A stretch of DNA of 64,000 bases from an uncultured Pseudomonadota bacterium (GTDB lineage: Bacteria; Bdellovibrionota_C; UBA2361; CALMIO01): positions 162,390-226,389 of the forward strand of contig CALMIO010000002.1 in the NCBI GenBank assembly GCA_937864035.1, read 5' to 3'. Within the stretch, counting starts at the first letter, position 1; each line of letters begins with the position of its first letter. Shown here piece by piece: positions 1 to 9,082 of the stretch. The notes beneath the pieces were generated by a model. The model searched no databases and was not told the DNA's origin. It saw only the letters and a list, made by a program, of their open reading frames with translations. The position numbers and the translations under genes are program-made.

Positions 1-383
1 ATCTAAAAGAAAACATTGAGCCGTTATCAAAGACCGAACTAAATTTAATTGATCAAAGAACTCACGACTTAACCACTAACATCAAACTCCACAGAATAGA
101 TGGTCATACAAGCGGGCAACAAATCGTGGAAGTAATCGGAAAGAATCGGTCGCTGATTTACTTAAGTGATCTCTGCCCAACTTCGCACCATCTTCCGCTA
201 GCTTACCATATGGGTTATGATATGTGCGCCGCCACCTTAATTGAAGAGAAAAAACTCTTTTTATCAAAAGCGGCAAAAGAAAATATAATTTTATTTTTCG
301 AGCACGACACGACACTTCAAGCGGCAACAATAAAAGAAGATGAAAAGGTAGGTTACGTTATAGACAAAAAAATAGATATATGA
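1..383 (+). CDS. MBL-fold metallo-hydrolase, C-terminal part (5' end outside window)
   Basis: Frame 3 is open from position 3 to the stop at 381-383; the listed ORF 126..383 is only its tail. Upstream in-frame translation ...NIKLHRIDGHTSGQQIVEV... resembles the late His motif of metallo-beta-lactamase-fold enzymes. ATGA overlap with the next gene. Confidence 0.5.
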   Translation, partial: LKENIEPLSKTELNLIDQRTHDLTTNIKLHRIDGHTSGQQIVEVIGKNRSLIYLSDLCPTSHHLPLAYHMGYDMCAATLIEEKKLFLSKAAKENIILFFEHDTTLQAATIKEDEKVGYVIDKKIDI

Positions 384-628
384 TTAACAAAGATCTTTTA
401 GAAATTGTAGTTTGTCCGGCAACCCATCAGAAATTATTTCTGGCTAGCGGTCAAGAAATTGAAAAGATCAACCAACTAATCTCCGAAAAAAAGATAAAAA
501 ATGTCGCCGGTAAAACGATAGAGCAAAAAACAGAAGGTATTTTAATTAGAGAAGATCGCAAAGTTGGATATCCGGTCCGCGAAGGTATTCCAGTATTATT
601 GATTGAAGAGGGTTTAGAGTTAAAATAA
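380..628 (+). CDS. Trm112/UPF0434 family small zinc-ribbon-like protein
   Basis: 82 aa. N-terminal LLEIVVCPATHQKL and C-terminal GYPVREGIPVLLIEE are the two signature segments of Trm112/YcaR-type proteins. Confidence 0.75.
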   Translation: MINKDLLEIVVCPATHQKLFLASGQEIEKINQLISEKKIKNVAGKTIEQKTEGILIREDRKVGYPVREGIPVLLIEEGLELK

Positions 629-731
629 AGATATTCTTACTTTAATTTTTTGACGATTATCAAAAATTATATTAAAATCTAAGATTTAGAATGAGAGAGT
701 TTATAAATCTCCATTTGAAGGAATCATTACA

Positions 732-1298
732 ATGAGTAATTACCCTCAAGAGTTAGGTTTTATTCACACAAAACTAAACGCGGCTATCGGTTGGGCAAGA
801 AAATATTCTCTTTTCACCTATCCATTTGTTACTGCTTGTTGCGGCATGGAATATATGGCGACCAGCTGTTCTCACTATGACACCGATCGTTTCGGCGCCG
901 CCCTACCCCGTTTTACTCCCAGACAAAGCGACCTACTGATGGTGGTTGGTACCGTTAATCATAAACTTGCTCCAGTTCTTTTAAGAATATATGAGCAGAT
1001 GGCCGAACCCAAATGGGTCGTGGCTTTTGGCGCCTGCGCTTCATCGGGAGGATTTTACGACAATTATACCACTGTTGCCGGTATAGATAAAATAATACCT
1101 GTTGACATGTATATTCCCGGCTGTCCGCCACGTCCGGAGACGGTCATAGATGCCTTAATGACCTTGCAAAGAAATATCAATGATTCACCTCAACAACTTT
1201 TTCAAAGTGATGGAGGCAAGCAAATTCATCCTGTGCTACCAGAGCTTTTGGGAGATGAAATTATAACCGATTTACCTAAAGTTAACTCGCAAAAATAA
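732..1298 (+). CDS. nuoB: NADH-quinone oxidoreductase subunit B-like (NuoB / group-4 hydrogenase small-subunit family)
   Basis: TACCGMEYMA ... PRQSDLLMVVGT ... EPKWVVAFGACASSGG ... IPVDMYIPGCPPRPE. All four Cys ligands of the N2-type 4Fe-4S cluster are in canonical spacing. Confidence 0.85.
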   Translation: MSNYPQELGFIHTKLNAAIGWARKYSLFTYPFVTACCGMEYMATSCSHYDTDRFGAALPRFTPRQSDLLMVVGTVNHKLAPVLLRIYEQMAEPKWVVAFGACASSGGFYDNYTTVAGIDKIIPVDMYIPGCPPRPETVIDALMTLQRNINDSPQQLFQSDGGKQIHPVLPELLGDEIITDLPKVNSQK

Positions 1299-1390
1299 AG
1301 CACTGCCAGTTAGTAGTAGATTGTTAGATCATTCCACAAGGTTACAACCTATATTTCCAGCCTTGTATTAGAAGAAAAATTTTGTGAAGA

Positions 1391-2332
1391 TTGATTTTAG
1401 TGCTTGAACTAATCGTTATCATATTTGGTTTAATTATTGGCAGTTTTTTAACGGCTTGCGTTTACCGATTGCCTTTTTCAATTTTTGAAACGAGCGAAGA
1501 AGAAGAGGAAACTGTTAGCCGTGAAGAAAAAATTGCCGAAGAAGGAAAAGAGCAATCTGATTCCTTCAATGATTTATTCGCCAATCTTCCAATACCAGAT
1601 CCAAACAAAGCCGGCTTAACTTTATGTTATCCACCTCGTTCATTTTGCCCAAAGTGTGACAAGCAACTTCTTTGGTTTCATAACATTCCAGTTATAAGTT
1701 GGCTTTTTCTGAAAGGTTGTTGCGCTTTTTGCAAAAATCCAATCTCGGTAAGATATCCAATTACTGAAATAACCTCTGCGCTACTAGCAATTCTGTCTCT
1801 TAATATCTTTGGTTTCACTCTAGCCGCATTATTAATTTATCTTTTTAGCTGCGCACTCCTAGTAATTACGTTGATTGATTATGACTATTATATTATTCCA
1901 GATTCAATATCCTTACCGGGTTTTATTTCTGGGATATTTTTAGCCGTTTTGAATCAGGCTTTTCGTATTCTTCCCGATCCTTTCGCGCCAACTTTTATCG
2001 CTTCATTGATTGGAGCTTTGGTCGGTGGCGGTTTTCTTTTTCTAGTTTCCCGACTTTATTTATTCACTCGCAAAAGAGAAGGTTTGGGTTTAGGAGATGT
2101 TAAATTGCTAGCAATGATCGGTTCTTGGTTTGGACCGTTTGCATCGTTTTTCACAATTTTTATCGGATCATTAATTGGCTCAATCTGTGGGGTAATGATG
2201 TTGCTGGCCAGAGGAAAAGGCATTTCTCATCCTATACCCTTTGGACCATTTTTAGCCCTAGCCGCCGCGATTTATATCTTTCTTTATCCATACGGAATTT
2301 TAAATCTCTTAAAGATTTTCAATTTTATCTAG
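1391..2332 (+). CDS. pilD: Prepilin peptidase / N-methyltransferase (A24 family)
   Basis: TTG start. CPKC...CAFC zinc motif of the methyltransferase domain, polytopic membrane protein, and the two catalytic Asp contexts (LIDYDYYIIPD; GLGLGDVKLLA). Confidence 0.85.
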   Translation: MILVLELIVIIFGLIIGSFLTACVYRLPFSIFETSEEEEETVSREEKIAEEGKEQSDSFNDLFANLPIPDPNKAGLTLCYPPRSFCPKCDKQLLWFHNIPVISWLFLKGCCAFCKNPISVRYPITEITSALLAILSLNIFGFTLAALLIYLFSCALLVITLIDYDYYIIPDSISLPGFISGIFLAVLNQAFRILPDPFAPTFIASLIGALVGGGFLFLVSRLYLFTRKREGLGLGDVKLLAMIGSWFGPFASFFTIFIGSLIGSICGVMMLLARGKGISHPIPFGPFLALAAAIYIFLYPYGILNLLKIFNFI

Positions 2333-2964
2333 TGAGAAAAAAATCTTTTTTTAAAGCTCTTTTTTTACCGATAATTTTGCTTAGCATCAAAACCACTGCT
2401 GAACCAATTTATAGTTGGAAAGACGAGAAAGGTCGAGTTCATTTCTCTAATAAAGCCGCCGATCCTTCAGCCAAAATTGTTGATCTGCCACCTATTACCA
2501 AAGAACAACCTCGACATCAAGACAATCTTGATCAAAACACAGAAGCGTCAGCAATTGATTGTTCTTTTCATGATGGAATAGATTGTGAAGCCGGAGCCGA
2601 CATTGATGGATCGGTAATATGTAAAGATGGCTTCAAAGAAACCTCAAAAAGTTACCAAGAAAATTGCCAACGCGCCAAGCTTAGCACCCACATGGTTGAA
2701 ATTAACCCCAAAAAAGATCTGATTAGGGCTATCGTTAGAAACGAGCGTCCAGTTAAAGCTGAGTCAGTTTTAGTTACAACTTTACTTGGAGAATTTTATC
2801 GTGGAGATCAAAAAAGATTCAATATGACAGGTCCTCAAGAGATTGAAAGTTACAGTGATGCCGAATACGAACTTAATTTAAAAGGGACCATTTATGCTCC
2901 TCTCAAAGAACTTAATCAAGATAAGTTGAAATCGAGAGTTAATGCAAATTGTGCGAACTGCTAG
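2332..2964 (+). CDS. Secreted DUF4124-like protein, Cys-rich
   Basis: GTG at 2332 overlaps the pilD stop by 1 nt (TAGTG). Signal-like N-terminus, then IYSWKDEKGRVHFSNK (DUF4124-type motif). The part of the track ORF upstream of 2332 overlaps pilD and is discounted. Confidence 0.5.
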   Translation: MRKKSFFKALFLPIILLSIKTTAEPIYSWKDEKGRVHFSNKAADPSAKIVDLPPITKEQPRHQDNLDQNTEASAIDCSFHDGIDCEAGADIDGSVICKDGFKETSKSYQENCQRAKLSTHMVEINPKKDLIRAIVRNERPVKAESVLVTTLLGEFYRGDQKRFNMTGPQEIESYSDAEYELNLKGTIYAPLKELNQDKLKSRVNANCANC

Positions 2965-3087
2965 TAAAAGGCTAGCCGCCAAATATCCTAAAATACCCAT
3001 AATTCCTTACTTCTTTCTATTCCAATACTATAATTTTGAATTTTATGTTATAATAAACATTTACTCCTTTTTTAGGTATTTTCTCCT

Positions 3088-4734
3088 ATGTTAAACCCTA
3101 AGGTAGCTAGCAAAATCCTTTCAATTCTTAGAAAAGACCTAAAACGGGTTTTAAAACTAAAAGTTCCCGGTTTTCCTAAGGTTTATTATTCCTCTTTTCT
3201 GCTCCGAGACACCCATTGGTTTAATACTTGGGCAAGCAATGGATCTATTTTTAAAAAATCACATGATCGCACCCGGATAGTTTTTAATGATATTCGGGTC
3301 GGCTCTTATAGATTAGATCAAACAACTGAAGGAAACTTAAATGTGCCTCAAGAAGAAGAACAAAACGAGCAGACTACTACGGAAAGCTTAACCAATATGC
3401 CTATTGACGATCGATCGTTTGATGGATTGCGAGTTGCTCTTTGGCGTCTTTCAGAAGCAAAATTTCGTGAAGCTTTGACGGATTACAACCGCAAAGAGTC
3501 GGAGAGATTAAAACGCCCTGATCCCAACCGCAATCTTTGTTCGTTTCTAAAAACAAAAAAGGTTCGTTCCATAAAACATTCTCGTCTAGATAAAATAGAC
3601 GAATCTTATTGGATTAACTTTTGTAAAAAAATCTCCGGCTGGCTAGCCAACTTGCCGGGAGTTTCAAGCGCTTGGGTTGATTTTGATTCAGCCCAAGAGA
3701 GTAAAATATTTGTCAATAGTGAAGGTTCGGTTATCTTACAACACTCTAAAGTGTTTACTCTTTCAGCATCATTAAAAAAACTTACTAAAGAAGGGGTTCA
3801 AATTGAAAGAAACCTCGTGCTTAACGTCGCCGACCAAAAAGAGCTTCCTTCGCTTGCTAAGTTTCAAAACATGTTGCTAGAAAAACACCGCGAGCTAATT
3901 AAACTTAGCCGCGCTCAAACAATTCATGCATTCTCTGGTCCTGTTTTGCTATATCCAATTCCAGCTGGACTTCTTTTTCACGAAGCGCTTGGACATCGTC
4001 TCGAAGGGAATCGCTTGCTTTCTTCCGGTGAAGGACAAACCTTTAAGGGACAACTGAATAAAAAAATTCTTCCAATAGAAATTGATGTTTATGACTCTCC
4101 TAAAATAAAAAAATTTGAGGGGAGAAAACTAATAGGCGCTTATGAATATGATGATGAGGGAGTTCCAGCTGAGAAAGCTATTCTGATAGAAAAAGGCGTT
4201 TTGCAAGGATTTCTAACAAGCCGAGCACAAATACCAGATAAAAAAAATCTACTAAACGGACATGGCAGAAATAGCAAAGCGCAACGGCCGATTAGCAGGA
4301 TGGGAGTAACTGTGATTCGTAGCGCAAAAGCAATTCCTTTGAATCAGCTTAAAGAACTATTGCTAAATGAGATTAAAAAACAGAAAAAGCCCTTTGGCAT
4401 GATCGTCTACGAAACAAACGGCGGCGAAACCGAAACAACCAGATATGATTTTCAAGGTTTTTTTGGAGAGATCTCTTACGCAACTTTAGTTTACCCCGAT
4501 GGCAAAGAAATTTTGGTGCGCGGTGTTGATTTTGTTGGAACTCCACTGCAAGCTCTCAATAATATTATTGCCGTTAGTAATGAGCTGGAAATGGAGAACG
4601 GTTTTTGCGGAGCAGAGTCCGGCATGATACCAATTTCAACAATCAGCCCAGCTGTTTTACTAAGAAATCTGGAGCTACAAGCAAAAAACGAAAATTTAGC
4701 GCCTCCTTTCTTGCTAAAAAGACCCAAAAAATGA
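3088..4734 (+). CDS. TldD/PmbA-family metallopeptidase
   Basis: 548 aa with an HEALGHRLE (HExxxH) motif and a Gly-rich C-terminal region (GFCGAESG) typical of TldD/PmbA. Confidence 0.7.
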   Translation: MLNPKVASKILSILRKDLKRVLKLKVPGFPKVYYSSFLLRDTHWFNTWASNGSIFKKSHDRTRIVFNDIRVGSYRLDQTTEGNLNVPQEEEQNEQTTTESLTNMPIDDRSFDGLRVALWRLSEAKFREALTDYNRKESERLKRPDPNRNLCSFLKTKKVRSIKHSRLDKIDESYWINFCKKISGWLANLPGVSSAWVDFDSAQESKIFVNSEGSVILQHSKVFTLSASLKKLTKEGVQIERNLVLNVADQKELPSLAKFQNMLLEKHRELIKLSRAQTIHAFSGPVLLYPIPAGLLFHEALGHRLEGNRLLSSGEGQTFKGQLNKKILPIEIDVYDSPKIKKFEGRKLIGAYEYDDEGVPAEKAILIEKGVLQGFLTSRAQIPDKKNLLNGHGRNSKAQRPISRMGVTVIRSAKAIPLNQLKELLLNEIKKQKKPFGMIVYETNGGETETTRYDFQGFFGEISYATLVYPDGKEILVRGVDFVGTPLQALNNIIAVSNELEMENGFCGAESGMIPISTISPAVLLRNLELQAKNENLAPPFLLKRPKK

Positions 4735-4770
4735 TCTCAATCTGACGATAAAATTAAAGTGAAATAGCTG

Positions 4771-4791
4771 GCAAAAATAGTTCGTTTTTGC
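4771..4791. terminator. Weak AT-rich hairpin between convergent genes (possible bidirectional terminator)
   Basis: GCAAAAA-tagttcg-TTTTTGC, 7-bp stem, lying between the stops at 4734 (+) and 4800 (-). Confidence 0.3.
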
Positions 4792-4799
4792 TACCCCGC

Positions 4800-7700
4800 T
4801 TAAGCGGCGATTTTTGAACGACGCCGCCAAGCTCCACCTTGCGTAAAAATATCAAAAGCCCACTTAAACCAACGAACCAACGCTCCAATAACCCATAGGG
4901 ACCAAATAAGCATTACCAGTCTCCAGAAAAACATTGAAATAGAGACAATACCGACTGTTGGTATGTCACCATGAGTACTCCTATCGACGTACCAACTATA
5001 AAAATAGTTACTTGAACCGTTCCCAACTATTAACATATCTGGACTAAACAACAAGCCATTTTGAACAGCGGCGTAAAGAACTCCGAGAAAAATTAAAGTT
5101 AAAAAAACTAAAAAAATCTGATAAAAATTGAATGTCCAAACCATATCTGCCTTAATTTTTAAACGAAAATTTAGCGCAACAAACCACCCTATTACAAGCA
5201 ATATCGCCAAAGTTGAAAGATTGGCTATTCCCAAGCCAAAAATAAACCAACTACAAAATCCAAGTGGAGAAAAAACAATTTTCGATAAAAGCAAAGCGCC
5301 AAAAGCAAGAATTATCAATTTTGCCCAAAAAAGAACAACCGGTCCAAAAGTCGGTCCGTAAAGATACAAAGTCCAATACCTGCTTAATGGCTTAAAATTA
5401 ACGCGCAAGTCAATCGCTTCAACGCCTAAATTAAATCCTGAAATTTTTTTCAATAAAGCAGAATTCAAATTTAAATCTAATAAAATTTTAACTGAAGAAT
5501 TGTTGGCAGTTATCGGAATTTCCAACGTGCCATTTGCTCTCTCTGCATTTGTCTCAATTCCATTAACTAAAATAGATTTAACTTCAGCTCCAGTAGGCGC
5601 TACGAGTCTCTGTTTAAAAGGAGCGGCGGCTAAAATATCATAGGATAAAGTACCCGCTATTGCCCTTTCTCCTTCTACTAACTCCAGTGCCGCCGAGGTA
5701 ATCAGATTGTGATTGCCCTCTGTTGCTTGCGGTCGATTAAAGAAAAAGCTCAGTCGTTCGCCAGCCCGTGGTTCAAAACGAAAGTTTTTTTGACCACCAA
5801 CGTACAGCTCAACCGGGGCAAGCCCTTGATAATTACAGGCAAAAAGGGTGGAGCAATTTAATATTATACTCAAGCTATAATCTGAAGGAGCTGTCAAAAT
5901 TAACTTTGGGCTCTCTGTCATAGTGCCCATAATAACTTTTTCCATCTCTCCAACGTCGAACGAAACATCATAGGCTTTAGCAGTTGTGTTATAAACCGCT
6001 CCTGATAAGATCTTTTCTCCCTCAATTGGTTGAAATGAGAAAGAAGCATTAGTAGAGAGAGAGCCAAATCTTCTGATCAAAGTTTCGGTACGCCAAGTCG
6101 AATCAACCTGAATGCGTTTTGTAACATGAAACCAATTAGGGGTTGTCGTAGTAATGCTAATTTTATTTTGATCTCCCCCTTCGATATTATCAACCACTCG
6201 ACGCGAAATCTGCAGGGAAACGATTTCTTGCGAAGCCTCGTTTCTAATCGGAGTAAACTCAAAATGATCAGACTTTAACAAAATTTCTTTAGGAAAAGAT
6301 TTAAAAGCTAAAGAAATATTATTGTCACGCCTTAAAAAACCACTTGCTTTGATTCTCTGCAACCCAAGTGGATTTAAAACCCAAACAGTGCCATCTTCAT
6401 CAGTCAATGAAACTAGATCTTTTCCCTGAGCATCAACCAAAGAGTGAAAAACAACCTCTGACAACGGACCGGGCAAAGCGACCAACGAATTATGAGCGCG
6501 CGCCGAGAGAGTAATAACTAGATTTGCTTTGCCAGTTTTTTCCAAATTGAGTTCCAGTTGATCGATGGTTGCGCATTCTTCTAAGCATTGCCCCTTAATA
6601 AGACGCTCTTTGAGCTCAGCTAACAGCTGATTTGAGGGAAAATCATCAGCAACTCCGTTTGTCGCCACAAGAAGAGAAAAAACCGTAGAAATAAGTCCAA
6701 TGTATAAGGATGAAAGTTTAAGTTTTTTTCGTTTTATGTCAAAAAATGAAATTATAAAAAAAGCAAAAAATGCTACTCTAAACAAAGAGAAACAACGATT
6801 AACCAAAGGTGGTGTCAAATAAAGTTGAAAACTCTCGTTTTCCGATACCCTACCACTCCAAGAGAGGTTGTATGAACTGGCAAAACGAGTGGGAACCCCC
6901 CTACCTATCTGCAAAAGAGTTGTACTGCTGAGCTGATTAAAACCATTGTCAAGATCGTCTTTATGGCTGATGCTTTCTGCTGGCAAAAAATCAGAGTGGG
7001 CATAGTTTGCGGCATCCTCTGTTTCTCTCAAATCTTTTGCCATAGATTCTTGACGCATTAAAACATCGGGTGCTGGCGCGGCCGCATATTCAACCTCTCT
7101 TCTTCTTGAATGAGTTGATTTTTGTCTATAAACGTTTTCCTGATAAACTCCTGAATAAAAATTACCTTCCGGAAATAGCCCGGGATACAAAAAAGATCGG
7201 ATCTCTTGTGTGGCGTAAGGCAAAAAGGTGATAAAAAATAAAATAAGAGTTGAGAAAAAATAAAATCTTACACAAAAAGAGAATTTTCCGGGTTTTGCAA
7301 CCTTTAAAATAGCAAACGAGATTAATAAACTAAACCAATAGCTAAAAGGAAATTCATTGTGTGAGTGATTCAAAAGTAGCCCAACGCCGATAAAAATAGC
7401 GGGATATTTTCCTAAAATTTTAGCTGACAAAAAAACTACTGCTATCGTCAAAAAAACTCTGAGCAAATCCCAACTTCCCAACCAACTTCCTTGGACTTTA
7501 TCCACCCCACTCGCATGAATCAATTTCCAAGCTGGTGGCAATTGTAATTCTACGGTAAGTTGATCTGCTGGCAATTTCCAACCAGTAGCGGCAATCGGAA
7601 CATTGTTTTTTTGAACGATACCTTCGGCAGTTAAATTCAAATTATTATGTCGAAACTCAATTCCTTCCCCATCTAATCCAGAAGTAATTAAACTACGATT

Positions 7701-8906
7701 ATTATTTGCAAAAACGCTTCCTAATTTCATGTCTTCGGCTACCGTCAGTCGATCGTAATTTTTAAGAGTACCGTTTAAAATATTAGACACAGAAAAAAAC
7801 TCTCCAGAATTATCAAGGTGAAATCGCCTAGTCATTGTGAGCTGAGCGCTTTTTTCAACCTTTAATCCTCTCATTTTTTCTTTTATTGTAAGAGCAGCTT
7901 GATCTCCTCTTAAAATATAGGTGGAAATCCCCGCGCCCCAAGATTTAGGGGCTGCGATTACGCTCGGGTCAACAGAGATAGGACCAATAATTTCAATTAT
8001 TCTTAAATTATTGTCTGGTCTGAAACCCCAATATTCCTCTTTAGGTTTAGTCGTAGCCGCAAAGGAGGCTACCGACAATTGACCAATTGGATCTAAAACA
8101 ACCCCTGTGATGCGAATCAAATGAGATCCCTCGCTTATGGCAACAATCAAATCTCCCTGAACGTTAAAATAACAGTTAATAGAACAATCAACTTTAAAAA
8201 TTCTAACCCCTTCTGGCAGAGCTTTTCCAAGATTCAACTCACGACTAGAACCGGTGGCAAATAGCTGAATATCACTTTCAAGAATTAAAGGATTTCCATC
8301 TTCTAGCTTCCTGTAAACTTTAAGCTGTATAGAATCAATATTTTGTTTTTGCTCCTCTTTAATCTGCCCAAATTCAGAAAACCACAGCCCACCCTGAGCA
8401 TTAAGTCGTTTGTCATAATCTGAGATAATAGAAATTTCATCAGGTAGGCTTAAAAAATTTGGCTCACCAAAACCAACAAATTGCAAAACGCCCGATATAA
8501 TATGTTCACCCTTGGGAAGCTTTATTGCCGGATAAGAAAACTCCCCGACCATTTCTCTTTTTTTAGCAAAAACAACTCGAGAGGCTTTTGACGGTTCAAT
8601 TTTTAGATCTTTGATCCAAAAGTTTCCGGATCTTCCCGGCAAAAATATCTCACTCTCAATTATTGCAAAAACTTTGAGATTAAAAAAAATCTCTCTCTTG
8701 TTGTCATTAAACTTAAGTCCAAGCGGTCCGTAAAAAACGCATTGAGGCTTATCTTTTACACGCGGACAAAAATCGCTCGGGCTCTTTTCCTGAACCCAAT
8801 TAACCCACTCTTGCAAACTGGGAGGTACATAGGGATCTGCAATCAGTAGCGAAGGAATCACTAAGAGTAAACCCAAAGCAACTTTTATGGCGTTTTGTAA
8901 AAACAT
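4800..8906 (-). CDS. Uncharacterised 1368-aa polytopic envelope protein
   Basis: Long uninterrupted ORF. N-terminal signal peptide (LLLVIPSLLIADP). TM clusters at roughly aa 470-570, 705-755 and 1175-1350 separate two large non-membrane blocks. No catalytic motif recognised. Confidence 0.7.
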   Translation of the reverse strand: MFLQNAIKVALGLLLVIPSLLIADPYVPPSLQEWVNWVQEKSPSDFCPRVKDKPQCVFYGPLGLKFNDNKREIFFNLKVFAIIESEIFLPGRSGNFWIKDLKIEPSKASRVVFAKKREMVGEFSYPAIKLPKGEHIISGVLQFVGFGEPNFLSLPDEISIISDYDKRLNAQGGLWFSEFGQIKEEQKQNIDSIQLKVYRKLEDGNPLILESDIQLFATGSSRELNLGKALPEGVRIFKVDCSINCYFNVQGDLIVAISEGSHLIRITGVVLDPIGQLSVASFAATTKPKEEYWGFRPDNNLRIIEIIGPISVDPSVIAAPKSWGAGISTYILRGDQAALTIKEKMRGLKVEKSAQLTMTRRFHLDNSGEFFSVSNILNGTLKNYDRLTVAEDMKLGSVFANNNRSLITSGLDGEGIEFRHNNLNLTAEGIVQKNNVPIAATGWKLPADQLTVELQLPPAWKLIHASGVDKVQGSWLGSWDLLRVFLTIAVVFLSAKILGKYPAIFIGVGLLLNHSHNEFPFSYWFSLLISFAILKVAKPGKFSFCVRFYFFSTLILFFITFLPYATQEIRSFLYPGLFPEGNFYSGVYQENVYRQKSTHSRRREVEYAAAPAPDVLMRQESMAKDLRETEDAANYAHSDFLPAESISHKDDLDNGFNQLSSTTLLQIGRGVPTRFASSYNLSWSGRVSENESFQLYLTPPLVNRCFSLFRVAFFAFFIISFFDIKRKKLKLSSLYIGLISTVFSLLVATNGVADDFPSNQLLAELKERLIKGQCLEECATIDQLELNLEKTGKANLVITLSARAHNSLVALPGPLSEVVFHSLVDAQGKDLVSLTDEDGTVWVLNPLGLQRIKASGFLRRDNNISLAFKSFPKEILLKSDHFEFTPIRNEASQEIVSLQISRRVVDNIEGGDQNKISITTTTPNWFHVTKRIQVDSTWRTETLIRRFGSLSTNASFSFQPIEGEKILSGAVYNTTAKAYDVSFDVGEMEKVIMGTMTESPKLILTAPSDYSLSIILNCSTLFACNYQGLAPVELYVGGQKNFRFEPRAGERLSFFFNRPQATEGNHNLITSAALELVEGERAIAGTLSYDILAAAPFKQRLVAPTGAEVKSILVNGIETNAERANGTLEIPITANNSSVKILLDLNLNSALLKKISGFNLGVEAIDLRVNFKPLSRYWTLYLYGPTFGPVVLFWAKLIILAFGALLLSKIVFSPLGFCSWFIFGLGIANLSTLAILLVIGWFVALNFRLKIKADMVWTFNFYQIFLVFLTLIFLGVLYAAVQNGLLFSPDMLIVGNGSSNYFYSWYVDRSTHGDIPTVGIVSISMFFWRLVMLIWSLWVIGALVRWFKWAFDIFTQGGAWRRRSKIAA

Positions 8907-9082
8907 TTTGAAAAAAATCTTTCTTGTGCGATTACTATATTGAGCTTAGTTTTAATAAACAAGTTTGGTTTTCTATTAAAGCTTTAGAACAAGAGAAAAG
9001 CTGATTAAAAGATATCTTATTTATCTTAAATAGGGGACATTAAAAAATAATGCGAAAATCGAAGGCAAAATCTTTCTAATTT

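Noticed and set aside
2125-2331. N-terminal 69 codons of track ORF 2125..2964.
   Set aside because: They lie entirely inside pilD in another frame. A GTG at 2332 followed by a signal-like sequence gives a sensible start.
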